From the NCBI GenBank assembly GCA_017642445.1, contig JAGCPA010000095.1, forward strand, positions 2,177 to 66,176: DNA of 64,000 bases, read 5' to 3'. The notes below the pieces were generated by a model. The model had not been told where the DNA came from and searched no databases. It worked only from the letters and a program-made list of their open reading frames with translations. Made by a program: the position numbers and the translations under genes. This stretch comes from Spirochaetia bacterium. GTDB lineage: Bacteria > Spirochaetota > Spirochaetia > CADAEX01. Position 1 is the stretch's first letter, and each line of letters opens with the position of its first letter. Shown here piece by piece: positions 49,422-58,634 of this stretch.

Positions 49422-50285
49422 TCAGATGTTCTTGATCTGAATTCTTCTGGATGGCAGTGGAATTCCCTGCTCCTGGAATGCATGTACCAGTGCGATGTTG
49501 TTCCAGGACTTTGCTGTTCCCTTGTCATCAACATTTGCGATCTTGATATATGCAATCAGCTGGATTCCAAGCTCCTCGAAGGAGGCGATACGTACATCTG
49601 CCTTAGCTCCTTCCTGATTTGCAGGGTTCTTTTCCAGTGTCTCGGCCATAACCTTCATAGCCTTGTCAACATCGGCAGAGTAGTCGATCTTGATTGTGGT
49701 GTCGATTGCAACGCTCTTGTCGTCGCCGAATGTATGGCTGTGGCAAACCTCGGAGATGAGCATGGAGTTAGGTACAATCAGGGTCTCGTTCATAAGTGTT
49801 GTGACTACAGTGCTGATGAAGTTGATCTTTGTGATGTAGCCTTCGGTTCCGGCAATTGTAATTCTGTCTCCCTCCTTGATAGGACCTGTGAACAGGATGA
49901 CCAGACCAGCAGAGAAGTTGGAGATAAGGGTCTGTAATCCGAAGCCGACGCCTATACCTAAAGCACCAAGGATAACTGCTATGGACGAGAGGTTGATGCC
50001 CAGCATCGTGAATCCTATGAACAGAGCCAGGACAGTGATTCCATAGCTCACTATCTTCACGATACGGAACTGTGATGTCTCAGAGACAGGCTTGTTCTTG
50101 ATTGAGAACTTGACTATCTTGCCCACAATCTTTCCAATTTTCTGTGCAATGATTATTACAGGAATGAAGAGCAGCAGGGTAAGGATCGAGATGTTGATGC
50201 TGCCTGCTGACAGGAAAGGCTTGTTGATAAATGCATAAATGGCATTGAGCACATTCATGACTTCTTCTGGAAGAATGTTTTCCAT
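49422..50285 (-). CDS. Mechanosensitive ion channel, MscS family
   Basis: Transmembrane region plus the conserved MscS beta-domain (GLQTLISNFSAGLVILFTGPIKEGDRI). Confidence 0.85.
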   Translation of the reverse strand: MENILPEEVMNVLNAIYAFINKPFLSAGSINISILTLLLFIPVIIIAQKIGKIVGKIVKFSIKNKPVSETSQFRIVKIVSYGITVLALFIGFTMLGINLSSIAVILGALGIGVGFGLQTLISNFSAGLVILFTGPIKEGDRITIAGTEGYITKINFISTVVTTLMNETLIVPNSMLISEVCHSHTFGDDKSVAIDTTIKIDYSADVDKAMKVMAETLEKNPANQEGAKADVRIASFEELGIQLIAYIKIANVDDKGTAKSWNNIALVHAFQEQGIPLPSRRIQIKNI

Positions 50286-50306
50286 ACTTTATTTCTCCTT
50301 TTTAAA

Positions 50307-50498
50307 TTATTTCTTAGGGTTGTCGGTGGAATAGAATCCACTTCCTTTGAAGATTATCCCGACATGAGATCCCTGCGGGATTATCTTTTTAACTGCCTTT
50401 CCACATTTGATGCACTTTTTTATAGGCGCGTCAGATATGGACTGCTCAACCTCGAAGACATGCTTACAGCTCTGACATTCATATGTGTAGATAGGCAT
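50307..50498 (-). CDS. FmdB-family zinc-ribbon protein
   Basis: 63 aa. Starts MPIYTYECQSC and has a second C-x2-C (CIKCGK). Confidence 0.7.
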   Translation of the reverse strand: MPIYTYECQSCKHVFEVEQSISDAPIKKCIKCGKAVKKIIPQGSHVGIIFKGSGFYSTDNPKK

Positions 50499-50524
50499 TT
50501 TTTAAAGTTCCTTTATGTTATGTA

Positions 50525-50776
50525 CTATTTGCGCATCTTTCCGAATACATAGCCGAATACAGCACCAGCTGCACCGCAAGCCAGTATCTTAAGACGGATA
50601 GAACCCAGGTCGGCAGCCTTGGAAGCCAGTTTCTTGATTCCATTCTCAGCCGGCAGGCACAGTGTCTTAAGAGAAATCATGTTTCCGTTCACCTTTCCAA
50701 AGATAAGGTATCCGATTACAAGACCTACAACAACCCAGCATACAATTGCTACGATATTGCTGTTCTTTTTACTCAT
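50525..50776 (-). CDS. Hypothetical small membrane protein
   Basis: 83 aa, two hydrophobic segments. Overlaps the nifU stop by 4 nt. Confidence 0.4.
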   Translation of the reverse strand: MSKKNSNIVAIVCWVVVGLVIGYLIFGKVNGNMISLKTLCLPAENGIKKLASKAADLGSIRLKILACGAAGAVFGYVFGKMRK

Positions 50777-51372
50777 TTTCTCCCTCCGAAAATATGAAGA
50801 TAATCCTCAAAAAGCTCCTTGGCTTTCTCGACACAGCCGCCACAAACCTTGCCCAGCTTTGTCTTCTCCTGAAGCTCCTCAAAAGTCTTTCCGCCTTCCT
50901 TGACGAAATTCTCGATATCTAAGTCAGTTATATTGTTGCATACGCAGATTACTTTTGCAACTTCTTTTTCAAGCATATCCTCTTTGCCAGTCTTCTTGCA
51001 GTAGTCCTCGATAGCGGCTCTCAGAGCCCGGTCGCCCAGGACAGAGCAGTGGATCTTGTGGTCAGGCAGACCGCCCAGCTGGCCCACTATATCCTCCGGC
51101 TTGATCTTATATGCCTCCTTTATAGGCATTCCCTTCACCATCTCGCTCATCATGGAGGTGCTGGCAATAGCGCTGGCACATCCGTATGTCTTCCACTTTA
51201 TATCCTCAATCTTGTCATCCTTGACCTTGATGCCTACCAGCATCTCGTCGCCGCAGGTGATGTTTCCCACCTTGCCCCAGCCGTCGGCCTGGTATGCGGC
51301 CTCATCCTCAAGTATATTGCGTGGATTGGTGAAATGGTCCTTCACCTTCTCGGTATAAACCCATGACATCAT
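50773..51372 (-). CDS. nifU: Fe-S cluster assembly scaffold, NifU-type (IscU-like domain plus BFD-like [2Fe-2S] domain)
   Basis: N-terminal scaffold cysteines (GNITCGD, YGCASAIASTSMM, HCSV) and a C-terminal C-x-C...CGGC region. Confidence 0.85.
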   Translation of the reverse strand: MMSWVYTEKVKDHFTNPRNILEDEAAYQADGWGKVGNITCGDEMLVGIKVKDDKIEDIKWKTYGCASAIASTSMMSEMVKGMPIKEAYKIKPEDIVGQLGGLPDHKIHCSVLGDRALRAAIEDYCKKTGKEDMLEKEVAKVICVCNNITDLDIENFVKEGGKTFEELQEKTKLGKVCGGCVEKAKELFEDYLHIFGGRK

Positions 51373-52574
51373 TTTGTCTCTCCTTTCTTGTATACAGTGG
51401 ACATCTTCCGAATTTTCTCAATTATAGGAGGAAGCTTCTCAAGAACATAGTCTATATCTTCCTCGGTGTTCTCCCGTCCCAGGCTGAAGCGGATGGAACC
51501 GTGGGCCAGTTCTGCGTCAACTCCGGTTGCCATAAGGACATGCGATGGCTCCAGGGAGCCTGTCGAGCAGGCAGATCCTGTGGATACTGCAATCCCTTCC
51601 AGGTCCAGATAGAGGAGAATAGACTCTCCCTCGGCTCCGGTGAACGATACATTCAGGGTGTTGGGGAGGGTATGCTCCTGGTTTCCGTTTATCTTTATGT
51701 CTGGGATTGTGGCGATAATGCCGGCCTTAAGCTTGTTCCGCAGCGCCAAAAGCCGTGCCGATTCGGCCTCAAGCTCCTGTTCTGCCAGCTCTGCTGCCTT
51801 TCCCAGGGATACAATACCTGTGGTATTCATAGTTCCGGCACGGCGGCCTGCCTCCTGATGCCCTCCGTGTACAAACGGACAGTAGGGGGCTCCCTTCTTC
51901 GCATAAAGGATGCCGATTCCCTTGGGGGCGTAGATCTTATGGCCCGACATGCTCAGGTAGTCGATTCCCATCGCTTTCACATCAATAGGAATCTTGCCGA
52001 TTGCCTGCACTGCGTCGGTGTGGAAGAGGACTCCCTTCTCATGGCAGATCTGGGCAATGCGCTTTATATCCTGCAGAGTGCCAATCTCGTTGTTGGCTGC
52101 CATGACTGAGACCATGGCTGTCTTGTCGGTGATCAGGTCGTAGAGCTCCTCAGGGTCTACCAGGCCGGTAGAATCGACCTTCATGAACTTGGTGTTTATG
52201 CCGCTTTCCTTAAGGAACTTCACTGTCTCAAGGATGGCGGGGTGTTCGATAGGGGTGGTGATAATCTCGTTCTTGTCGCACCTGGTGCAGCACCCCTTGG
52301 ATGAGCAGGATGCGTTCTGGCAGCTTACATATTTAAGCACTGTGTTGTCAGACTCAGAGCCGCCTGCAGTAAAGATAATCTCGCTGGGATCAGCGTTTAT
52401 AAGATGGGCAATCTGGTTCCTTGCTTTCTCTATGAGCATTCCTGCCTCGCGGCCGTAGCCATGCATGCTGGAACCGTTTCCAAATATATCCAGAGACTCT
52501 ATCATAACCTTTTTTACTTCGGGATGGATAGGAGTGGTGGCATTATAATCCATATAGACATTTCTGTGGTTCAT
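51369..52574 (-). CDS. nifS: Cysteine desulfurase NifS/IscS family, carrying a Cys-rich insertion
   Basis: Pyridoxal-phosphate fold with the active-site region SGHKIYAPKG and the catalytic SACSTGS loop. Unusual segment SCQNASCSSKGCCTRCDK at roughly residues 90-110. Confidence 0.9.
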   Translation of the reverse strand: MNHRNVYMDYNATTPIHPEVKKVMIESLDIFGNGSSMHGYGREAGMLIEKARNQIAHLINADPSEIIFTAGGSESDNTVLKYVSCQNASCSSKGCCTRCDKNEIITTPIEHPAILETVKFLKESGINTKFMKVDSTGLVDPEELYDLITDKTAMVSVMAANNEIGTLQDIKRIAQICHEKGVLFHTDAVQAIGKIPIDVKAMGIDYLSMSGHKIYAPKGIGILYAKKGAPYCPFVHGGHQEAGRRAGTMNTTGIVSLGKAAELAEQELEAESARLLALRNKLKAGIIATIPDIKINGNQEHTLPNTLNVSFTGAEGESILLYLDLEGIAVSTGSACSTGSLEPSHVLMATGVDAELAHGSIRFSLGRENTEEDIDYVLEKLPPIIEKIRKMSTVYKKGETK

Positions 52575-52672
52575 AGGAACTCCTCTTATTAAATATATAC
52601 AAAATTCAGATGAATATTCAAGGTAAAATATAAAAACTATACATTAACTTATTTTTTTGATAGAGTGAGAGT

Positions 52673-53740
52673 ATGAAAAGATGTTTTTATGTTGTCCTGC
52701 TTGTCACTCTGATTATTCTTGCAGGATGCGCCACAGGAAAAGGGGATGCCTATTCAATGTCCCTGTACAGGGCTGTAGCCCCTGAAGAAGGAGTCACATA
52801 TGTGGTAGGGCACCGGAATCCTGACAGCGACACAGTATGCACTGCAATTGCGTATGCCAAACTCCGTACTGCACTCGGATTCAATACAGTTGCGGTAATC
52901 CCGGGAAAAATGAATAAAGAGACCCAGTATGTCCTTGATTATTTCAAGGTGGAGACCCCGGAGCTCCTTGAGGATGCTGCAGGTAAGAACATAATCCTGG
53001 TGGATCATGCCGATTATCAGCAGGCTGTCCCCAATATGGACAAGGCCAATATCATTGAGGTGATGGACCATCATCAGCCTGCAGGGCTTTCATTCGAGAA
53101 CAACCTTGTTTACCGCAGCGCTCCGATCGGCGCTACTGCCACTATGGTGTATAACGAATACAAAGTGAACCATGTTAGGATTGACAGGAAGACGGCCGGT
53201 ATACTTGCCGCAGCCATAATGTCCGACACAAACAATCTTAAAAAAGAGCGGACTACCGAGGCAGACCGTATATACCTGGCAGAGCTGTGCAAGAAGGCTG
53301 GAATACAGAAGCCTAAGAAGTTCTATAAGGCAATGAAGTCTGAAGGTCGTTCCTTTGAGGGACTTACAGATGAAGAAATCATGCTAACCAACTATAAGGA
53401 ATTCGAGTTCAGCGGTCATATAGCTGGAATTGCAAGTGTCGACAACCCTGACGACGATGCTTTATGGGAATTTGTTGACCGCATGGATAAGGCTATGGCA
53501 GCTTATGCCCAGAAGACAGATGCAGAGCATATATTCATGAAGCTTGATGCTGATGGCGATGAGGGACAGGAGGACTTTACTGTATTCCTGTACTGCGGCA
53601 AAGGTGCAGAAGAGGTTGCGAAAAAAAGCTTTCCAAATGCACAGACTGTAAATGGTCATCTGGTCTGCACACCGAAGCTCAACCGGACCAATGATGTGGT
53701 TCCTGCACTTAAAGATACATACGAAGGAATGGCAAAATAA
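52673..53740 (+). CDS. ppaC: Family II (DHH-DHHA2) manganese-dependent inorganic pyrophosphatase, with a possible lipoprotein signal peptide
   Basis: GHRNPDSDTVCTAIAYA, ILVDHAD and VMDHHQ DHH motifs plus a DHHA2 C-terminus. A 40-aa N-terminal extension has a hydrophobic core and LAGC lipobox. An alternative internal start would be at M29 (nt 52757). Confidence 0.75.
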   Translation: MKRCFYVVLLVTLIILAGCATGKGDAYSMSLYRAVAPEEGVTYVVGHRNPDSDTVCTAIAYAKLRTALGFNTVAVIPGKMNKETQYVLDYFKVETPELLEDAAGKNIILVDHADYQQAVPNMDKANIIEVMDHHQPAGLSFENNLVYRSAPIGATATMVYNEYKVNHVRIDRKTAGILAAAIMSDTNNLKKERTTEADRIYLAELCKKAGIQKPKKFYKAMKSEGRSFEGLTDEEIMLTNYKEFEFSGHIAGIASVDNPDDDALWEFVDRMDKAMAAYAQKTDAEHIFMKLDADGDEGQEDFTVFLYCGKGAEEVAKKSFPNAQTVNGHLVCTPKLNRTNDVVPALKDTYEGMAK

Positions 53741-54516
53741 TGAAAATTGTAGTAAAGATCGGAACATCGACCCTGGCATATCCCAGCGGAAGGCTTAATA
53801 TCAGACATATCGAGGAGCTCTGCAAGATAATAAGCGACCTTAAGAACTCCGGCATAGAGATCATAATGGTCTCATCCGGTTCCATCGCAATGGGTACCGG
53901 AAAGCTCTCGCTCAAGGAGCGGCCTTCTGACATGCCTACCAAGCAGGCTGCTGCCGCAGTGGGGCAGTGCGAGCTTATGTACACCTATGACAAGCTCTTC
54001 TCGGAATACCGCCATACTGTTGGGCAGATACTGGTTACTGCCGAGGATATCCAGCACAAGGAGCGGCATAAGAACTTCTCCAACACCTTAAACCGGCTTC
54101 TGGAGCTTGGCGTCATCCCAATAATAAACGAGAACGACTCCATAGCAACCGAGGAGATCGGAGTGGGAGACAACGATACCCTGGCCGCTGTTGTGGCTAC
54201 CAGCGCCAAGGCTGACCTTCTGGTGCTGCTCTCCGATATAGACGGGCTTTATACAGCAAATCCCAATACAGACAAAAAAGCGAAGCTTATACCAGAGGTG
54301 CGTAAGATTGACGACAAGATTATGGCTCTTGGTGGAAAAAGCTCATCAAAGCTTGGCACAGGCGGCATGAAGACAAAGCTTTCGGCAGCCAAAATCTGCA
54401 CCGAGGCTGGCTGCGACATGATCATAGCCAACGGAGCCGATCCTGCAGTGCTATATAAGATTGCCGACGGCAAGCCGGCAGGAACCCGGTTCTATGCAAA
54501 AAGGAAGAAAGCATGA
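53740..54516 (+). CDS. proB: Glutamate 5-kinase (short form, no PUA domain)
   Basis: Amino-acid kinase fold (KIGTSTL, MVSSGSIAMG). The ATG shares one nucleotide with the ppaC stop (TAATG). Confidence 0.9.
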   Translation: MKIVVKIGTSTLAYPSGRLNIRHIEELCKIISDLKNSGIEIIMVSSGSIAMGTGKLSLKERPSDMPTKQAAAAVGQCELMYTYDKLFSEYRHTVGQILVTAEDIQHKERHKNFSNTLNRLLELGVIPIINENDSIATEEIGVGDNDTLAAVVATSAKADLLVLLSDIDGLYTANPNTDKKAKLIPEVRKIDDKIMALGGKSSSKLGTGGMKTKLSAAKICTEAGCDMIIANGADPAVLYKIADGKPAGTRFYAKRKKA

Positions 54517-55772
54517 CCACCCAGGAGATCCTTGCAGCGGCTAAGAATGCCAGACCATACCTTGCCACTCTGTCAGAAGAGGCTAAGAACAGAGCTCTCT
54601 CTGCCATGGCTGATGCCCTGGTGTCTGATTGCAGCGCTATTCTGGAGGCAAATGCCCAGGATATGGAGGCTGTGAAGGGGAGTGTAAGCAATGTGATGCT
54701 TGACCGCCTTATGCTCTCCAAGGAGAGGATAGATGGGATGGCCCAGGGAATCAGGGATGTGACAGCACTTCCCGACCCGGTGGGACGTATCCTGACCCAG
54801 CGCACTACTGCAGACGGCCTTCTCCTTAAGAAAGTTTCTGTTCCTGTAGGTGTCATCGCGATAATCTACGAGAGCAGGCCCAATGTCACATCCGATGCGG
54901 CCGCCCTTTGCATAAAAAGCGGCAATGTCTGCATTCTCCGTGGCGGCAAGGAGGCATACCGCTCATCCCACGCCATTGTGAATGCCATGAAGAAGGGGCT
55001 GGAGAAGGCCGGCTTCCGGCAGGATATAATCCAGATTCTGGACGACACATCCCGCGCTGGAGCAGCTGAGCTTATGACAGCCAGCGGCTTTGTAGACCTT
55101 CTTATCCCACGGGGCGGGGCAGGACTTATCAAGGCCTGCGTGGAAAATGCCACAGTACCGTGCATCGAGACCGGCACCGGCATCTGCACCGTCTATGTGG
55201 ACTCTGAGGCAGATCAGGAGAAAGCCCTTAAGATAATAGAGAATGCCAAGACCCAGCGCCCATCGGTTTGCAATGCCGAGGAGACCTGCCTTGTCGCACG
55301 GAGCATTGCCAAGGAGTTCCTCCCTAAGCTTAAGAAGGTGCTTGTGGACAACAGAATTGCGGCAGGCAAGGTGCCGGTGGAGCTCAGGCTCTGCCCTGAA
55401 TCCCTGGCGATAATACAAGGGAAAGCTGCTGAAGAAAAGGATTTTGACACTGAATTTTTGGATTACATACTTGCTGTAAAGGTTGTTTCCGGTGTGGAGG
55501 AGGCTACAGAGCATATTGCCCTGCATTCGACACATCACAGCGAGGCCATAATAACAGAGAATCAGCAGAGTGCAGACTGGTTCACATCCCATGTGGACAG
55601 CGCCGCAGTCTATGTGAATGCCTCAACCAGGTTCACCGACGGCGGGCAGTTCGGACTTGGTTGCGAGATGGGCATTTCCACCCAGAAGCTCCATGCACGG
55701 GGTCCTATGGGGCTTGAGGAGCTGACCAGCTACAAATATGTTATAATTGGAAACGGACAGGTACGGAAATAG
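54513..55772 (+). CDS. proA: Gamma-glutamyl phosphate reductase
   Basis: ALDH-fold ProA, 419 aa, with the catalytic Cys region. 4-nt overlap with proB. Confidence 0.93.
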   Translation: MTTQEILAAAKNARPYLATLSEEAKNRALSAMADALVSDCSAILEANAQDMEAVKGSVSNVMLDRLMLSKERIDGMAQGIRDVTALPDPVGRILTQRTTADGLLLKKVSVPVGVIAIIYESRPNVTSDAAALCIKSGNVCILRGGKEAYRSSHAIVNAMKKGLEKAGFRQDIIQILDDTSRAGAAELMTASGFVDLLIPRGGAGLIKACVENATVPCIETGTGICTVYVDSEADQEKALKIIENAKTQRPSVCNAEETCLVARSIAKEFLPKLKKVLVDNRIAAGKVPVELRLCPESLAIIQGKAAEEKDFDTEFLDYILAVKVVSGVEEATEHIALHSTHHSEAIITENQQSADWFTSHVDSAAVYVNASTRFTDGGQFGLGCEMGISTQKLHARGPMGLEELTSYKYVIIGNGQVRK

Positions 55773-55780
55773 GAGAAGCT

Positions 55781-56572
55781 ATGAATAAGATTGGATTTAT
55801 CGGTTGCGGAAACATGGGCGGTGCCCTTATCAGGGCGGCAGTCAAGGCTGTAAAGCCTTCCCAGATCTGGATCACAGACAAGGATGTGTCAAAGCAGAAT
55901 ACCCTTGCCAAAGAGACCGGAGCAGCTGCAAAGGATATAAAGGAGATTGCCTCCAAGTGCAGCTATATTTTTTTGGGGGTAAAACCGCAGGTTATGGCAG
56001 ATATGCTTGCCGAGATCAAAAAAACACTTGCATCGCGCAAGGATCACTTTGTGCTTGTATCAATGGCTGCCGGCATCTCCATAGAGCGTCTTATCAAGAT
56101 GTGTGCCGACTGTCCTATAATCCGTATTATGCCTAATATCCCTGCATCTGTAGGTGAGGGAATGATACTCTATGCCTGCCACAAGGCTTCAAAGGCCGAT
56201 GTTGATGCCTTCCTTAAGGTTCTGAGCCAGGCCGGAAAGCTTGCCGCTGTGGACGAGAAGCTTATCGATGCTGGCAGCGCAGTCTCTGGCTGCGGTCCTG
56301 CCTATGCATTCATGTTCATAGAAGCACTGGCCGACGGCGGTGTCCGGTGCGGTCTTCCAAGAGCTCAGGCACAGCTTCTGGCAGCCCAGACACTGCTTGG
56401 CAGCGCCAAGATGGTGATGGAGACCGGAAAACACCCTGGAGAGCTTAAGGATGCGGTATGCAGCCCTGGCGGCACCACCATAGAAGGTGTTCTTGCTCTT
56501 GAGGAGGGCGGTTTCCGCGGCACTGTATCAGATGCAGTCATCGCTGCCTACGAGAAGAACAAGCTGCTGTGA
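55781..56572 (+). CDS. proC: Pyrroline-5-carboxylate reductase
   Basis: Rossmann GFIGCGNMGGAL N-terminus and ProC dimerisation domain. Confidence 0.9.
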   Translation: MNKIGFIGCGNMGGALIRAAVKAVKPSQIWITDKDVSKQNTLAKETGAAAKDIKEIASKCSYIFLGVKPQVMADMLAEIKKTLASRKDHFVLVSMAAGISIERLIKMCADCPIIRIMPNIPASVGEGMILYACHKASKADVDAFLKVLSQAGKLAAVDEKLIDAGSAVSGCGPAYAFMFIEALADGGVRCGLPRAQAQLLAAQTLLGSAKMVMETGKHPGELKDAVCSPGGTTIEGVLALEEGGFRGTVSDAVIAAYEKNKLL

Positions 56573-56684
56573 ATTTAGCAATTGGATTCGGTATATTTCT
56601 GTTTGTCTCAGCTATTATAGGCCCGATTCTGGCTGTGATTGTGGCTGTCCATGTCGCCCAGAGGAAGAATAGAGGGAACAACAG

Positions 56685-56714
56685 TTGACGGCAGGACAGA
56701 TTGCCGGGTATAAT
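56685..56714 (+). promoter_or_regulatory. Sigma70 promoter driving the tRNA
   Basis: TTGACG (56685-56690), 18-nt spacer, TATAAT (56709-56714). The mature tRNA 5' end at 56723 lies 9 nt downstream. Confidence 0.6.
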
Positions 56715-56722
56715 GTAATAAA

Positions 56723-56795
56723 GGGGCATTGGCGCAACTGGTAGCGCGTTTGGCTGGCAGCCACAAGGTCACGGGTTCGAGTCCCGTATGCTCCA
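56723..56795 (+). tRNA. tRNA-Ala (anticodon GGC)
   Basis: Hand-folded cloverleaf: acceptor stem ggggcat/atgctcc with a G3:U70 wobble pair (the Ala identity element), D-stem gcgc/gcgc, anticodon loop cuGGCag, T-stem acggg/cccgt, T-loop ttcgagt. One U:C mismatch at anticodon-stem positions 28:42. CCA is not encoded. Confidence 0.75.
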
Positions 56796-56823
56796 AAAAA
56801 AGCCCGCATCTGCGGGCTTTTTT
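56796..56823. terminator. Bidirectional rho-independent terminator (serves the tRNA and the convergent ankyrin gene)
   Basis: A run, then hairpin gcccgc-atct-gcgggc, then T6, immediately after the tRNA 3' end. Confidence 0.75.
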
Positions 56824-57970
56824 ATTCCTTTGCGCCTGCTTTGAGCAGGAGCTGCTCTATATCCTTTGCACCCAGATCTCTGGACATGGAGAGAGGGGTG
56901 TTGCCACCTTTTGATTTGACATTCACCTCGGCCCCCTTGTAGATCAGGACTTCTGTCATCTCATAGTTCTGGGCCATCACTGCCAGAAGCAGAGCTGTCT
57001 TATTATCCTTGTCCGCAGCATTTATATCTGCACCCATTACCAGCGAGCGGTAGAAATTCTCCTTCTTGCCGTTCTGCACCGATTTAAACAGCATCTCTGT
57101 GGCCTGCGATTCTGAAAGTATTGTAGAAGTCGGCTCTACCGGCTTGGGTTCTTCCTTCACAGGCTTCTTTGCCTTTGCTTTTGCAGGCTTTGGCTCTTCC
57201 TTATGCTGGGGCGGTGCAGCCACAGGCTTCTCTGGTTCTGCCTTTGTCACATTGGTTGCAACCATAACGGCTGGAACTGTGCTCTTCTCTGCATTTTTAA
57301 GAACCTTCTGTATTCTATTGTACTCTTTTCTGTCAGCTTTGTTTGTCTTGGATTTCTTTGCATCATCCGACAGCTTATCCACTCCGAAGTCGTGCCGCTC
57401 ATCGCCTGATTCGCTTATTGCAAATGATCCGGAAAGGGTGCAGCCTCTGTTCATCATGAACTCTATCACATCTGCGCTGTAGTCGCTGCTGCAGGCTGCA
57501 AACCAGATAGGATTCTTGTAGGATTTCATTATTTTGCCGGCCGATTCATAATCTCCGGATTCATCCCGTATCTCTCCGGAATTAATATCAATTCCTGCAT
57601 CCAGCAGAATCTGGATTATTTTAATGGTGTTGGCCGGGTCGTGGGTCTCTCTGTTGCTCCATACTGCGCCGGTCAGGGCATTGCCTCCAAGTGCGTCGTC
57701 CGCTCTGAGCGAGATATCAGCTCCAGCTTTAATAAAAAGGGATACTATATCGGCATTTCCCACATTGGCAGCAGCCATTACTGCAGGCTGGCCGTTAGGC
57801 ATGAAAGTGTTGGGATCGAAGCCGCCGTCAAGCATAGCCTTCACCCCGGCAGCATCTCCTGCCTCGATAGCTTTGAGCATCTCTTTCGGGTCATCGTATG
57901 CAGATACAGATGCGGTTATGAACATAAATATGGCAATCAAGCTCAGAAAGAGCAAAAATCTTCTTCTCAT
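56822..57970 (-). CDS. Secreted ankyrin-repeat protein with a Lys/Pro-rich linker
   Basis: Signal peptide (RRRFLLFLSLIAIFMFITASVSA), ankyrin repeats at both ends, and a central linker PEKPVAAPPQHKEEPKPAKAKAKKPVKEEPKPVEP. Start placed at the third ATG (57970), which has an AGGAG ribosome-binding site 6 nt upstream. The ORF is open to 57988. Confidence 0.75.
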   Translation of the reverse strand: MRRRFLLFLSLIAIFMFITASVSAYDDPKEMLKAIEAGDAAGVKAMLDGGFDPNTFMPNGQPAVMAAANVGNADIVSLFIKAGADISLRADDALGGNALTGAVWSNRETHDPANTIKIIQILLDAGIDINSGEIRDESGDYESAGKIMKSYKNPIWFAACSSDYSADVIEFMMNRGCTLSGSFAISESGDERHDFGVDKLSDDAKKSKTNKADRKEYNRIQKVLKNAEKSTVPAVMVATNVTKAEPEKPVAAPPQHKEEPKPAKAKAKKPVKEEPKPVEPTSTILSESQATEMLFKSVQNGKKENFYRSLVMGADINAADKDNKTALLLAVMAQNYEMTEVLIYKGAEVNVKSKGGNTPLSMSRDLGAKDIEQLLLKAGAKE

Positions 57971-57992
57971 CATCAACTCCTGATTCATAGTA

Positions 57993-58502
57993 TCAGTTCT
58001 TCTTCAGTTCCTCAAGGCCACTCTCACACAGCTTTACTATGGAGGCAGCGGCATTCCTTATAGACTGTGGATTGTCGCCGTCAGAAGGGTTCCTGAGCAT
58101 CAGCTCCAGCTGGTTCTCATCACCCTGGGCAAACTTCACGTTAAGGGAGAGTGTCTTCTGGATCTCGTCATATTGGGAGGCCAGGTTTGCAAGGGCATCC
58201 TGATTCTTCTCATCAATAGCCTTGATAAGGGCGCTGAAGTAATTCCGGACCAGAGAGTACTGGATGAACTCAATCTCAAGCTTGGATAGGGCAGTCACCT
58301 CAACTTTCTGTACATCATCAATCTTCTTCTCAGCCAGCTCGGTTATGTTCCCTGCGTGGTAAAACACCTGATCTACAGCAACAGACTCAAGGTAGAATCC
58401 GTTCTTCTCCAGCCACTCCTTGAAACCAACAAGCACCTCGCTGATATATGTCTCATCCTTCCGGTTGAATGTCACCTCTTTGCCGTTTACAAATATCTGC
58501 AT
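57993..58502 (-). CDS. Hypothetical protein
   Basis: 169-aa acidic protein. No family recognised. Confidence 0.45.
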   Translation of the reverse strand: MQIFVNGKEVTFNRKDETYISEVLVGFKEWLEKNGFYLESVAVDQVFYHAGNITELAEKKIDDVQKVEVTALSKLEIEFIQYSLVRNYFSALIKAIDEKNQDALANLASQYDEIQKTLSLNVKFAQGDENQLELMLRNPSDGDNPQSIRNAAASIVKLCESGLEELKKN

Positions 58503-58634
58503 AACGCCTCCTTTTATATTTTAAACCATTTAGGAAATATTGCAACACGCCGTTCTCAGGGTGTTTTTATTGTTTGACGACAATTAATAAGTGATATAGA
58601 ATAGTAGATAGAAAATATATAGGAGGAAATATAT

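Noticed and set aside
56729-56914. 61-aa ORF MAQLVARLAGSHKVTGSSPV
   Set aside because: It is the translation of the tRNA-Ala gene (GSSP corresponds to the T-loop GGTTCGAGTCC), not a protein.
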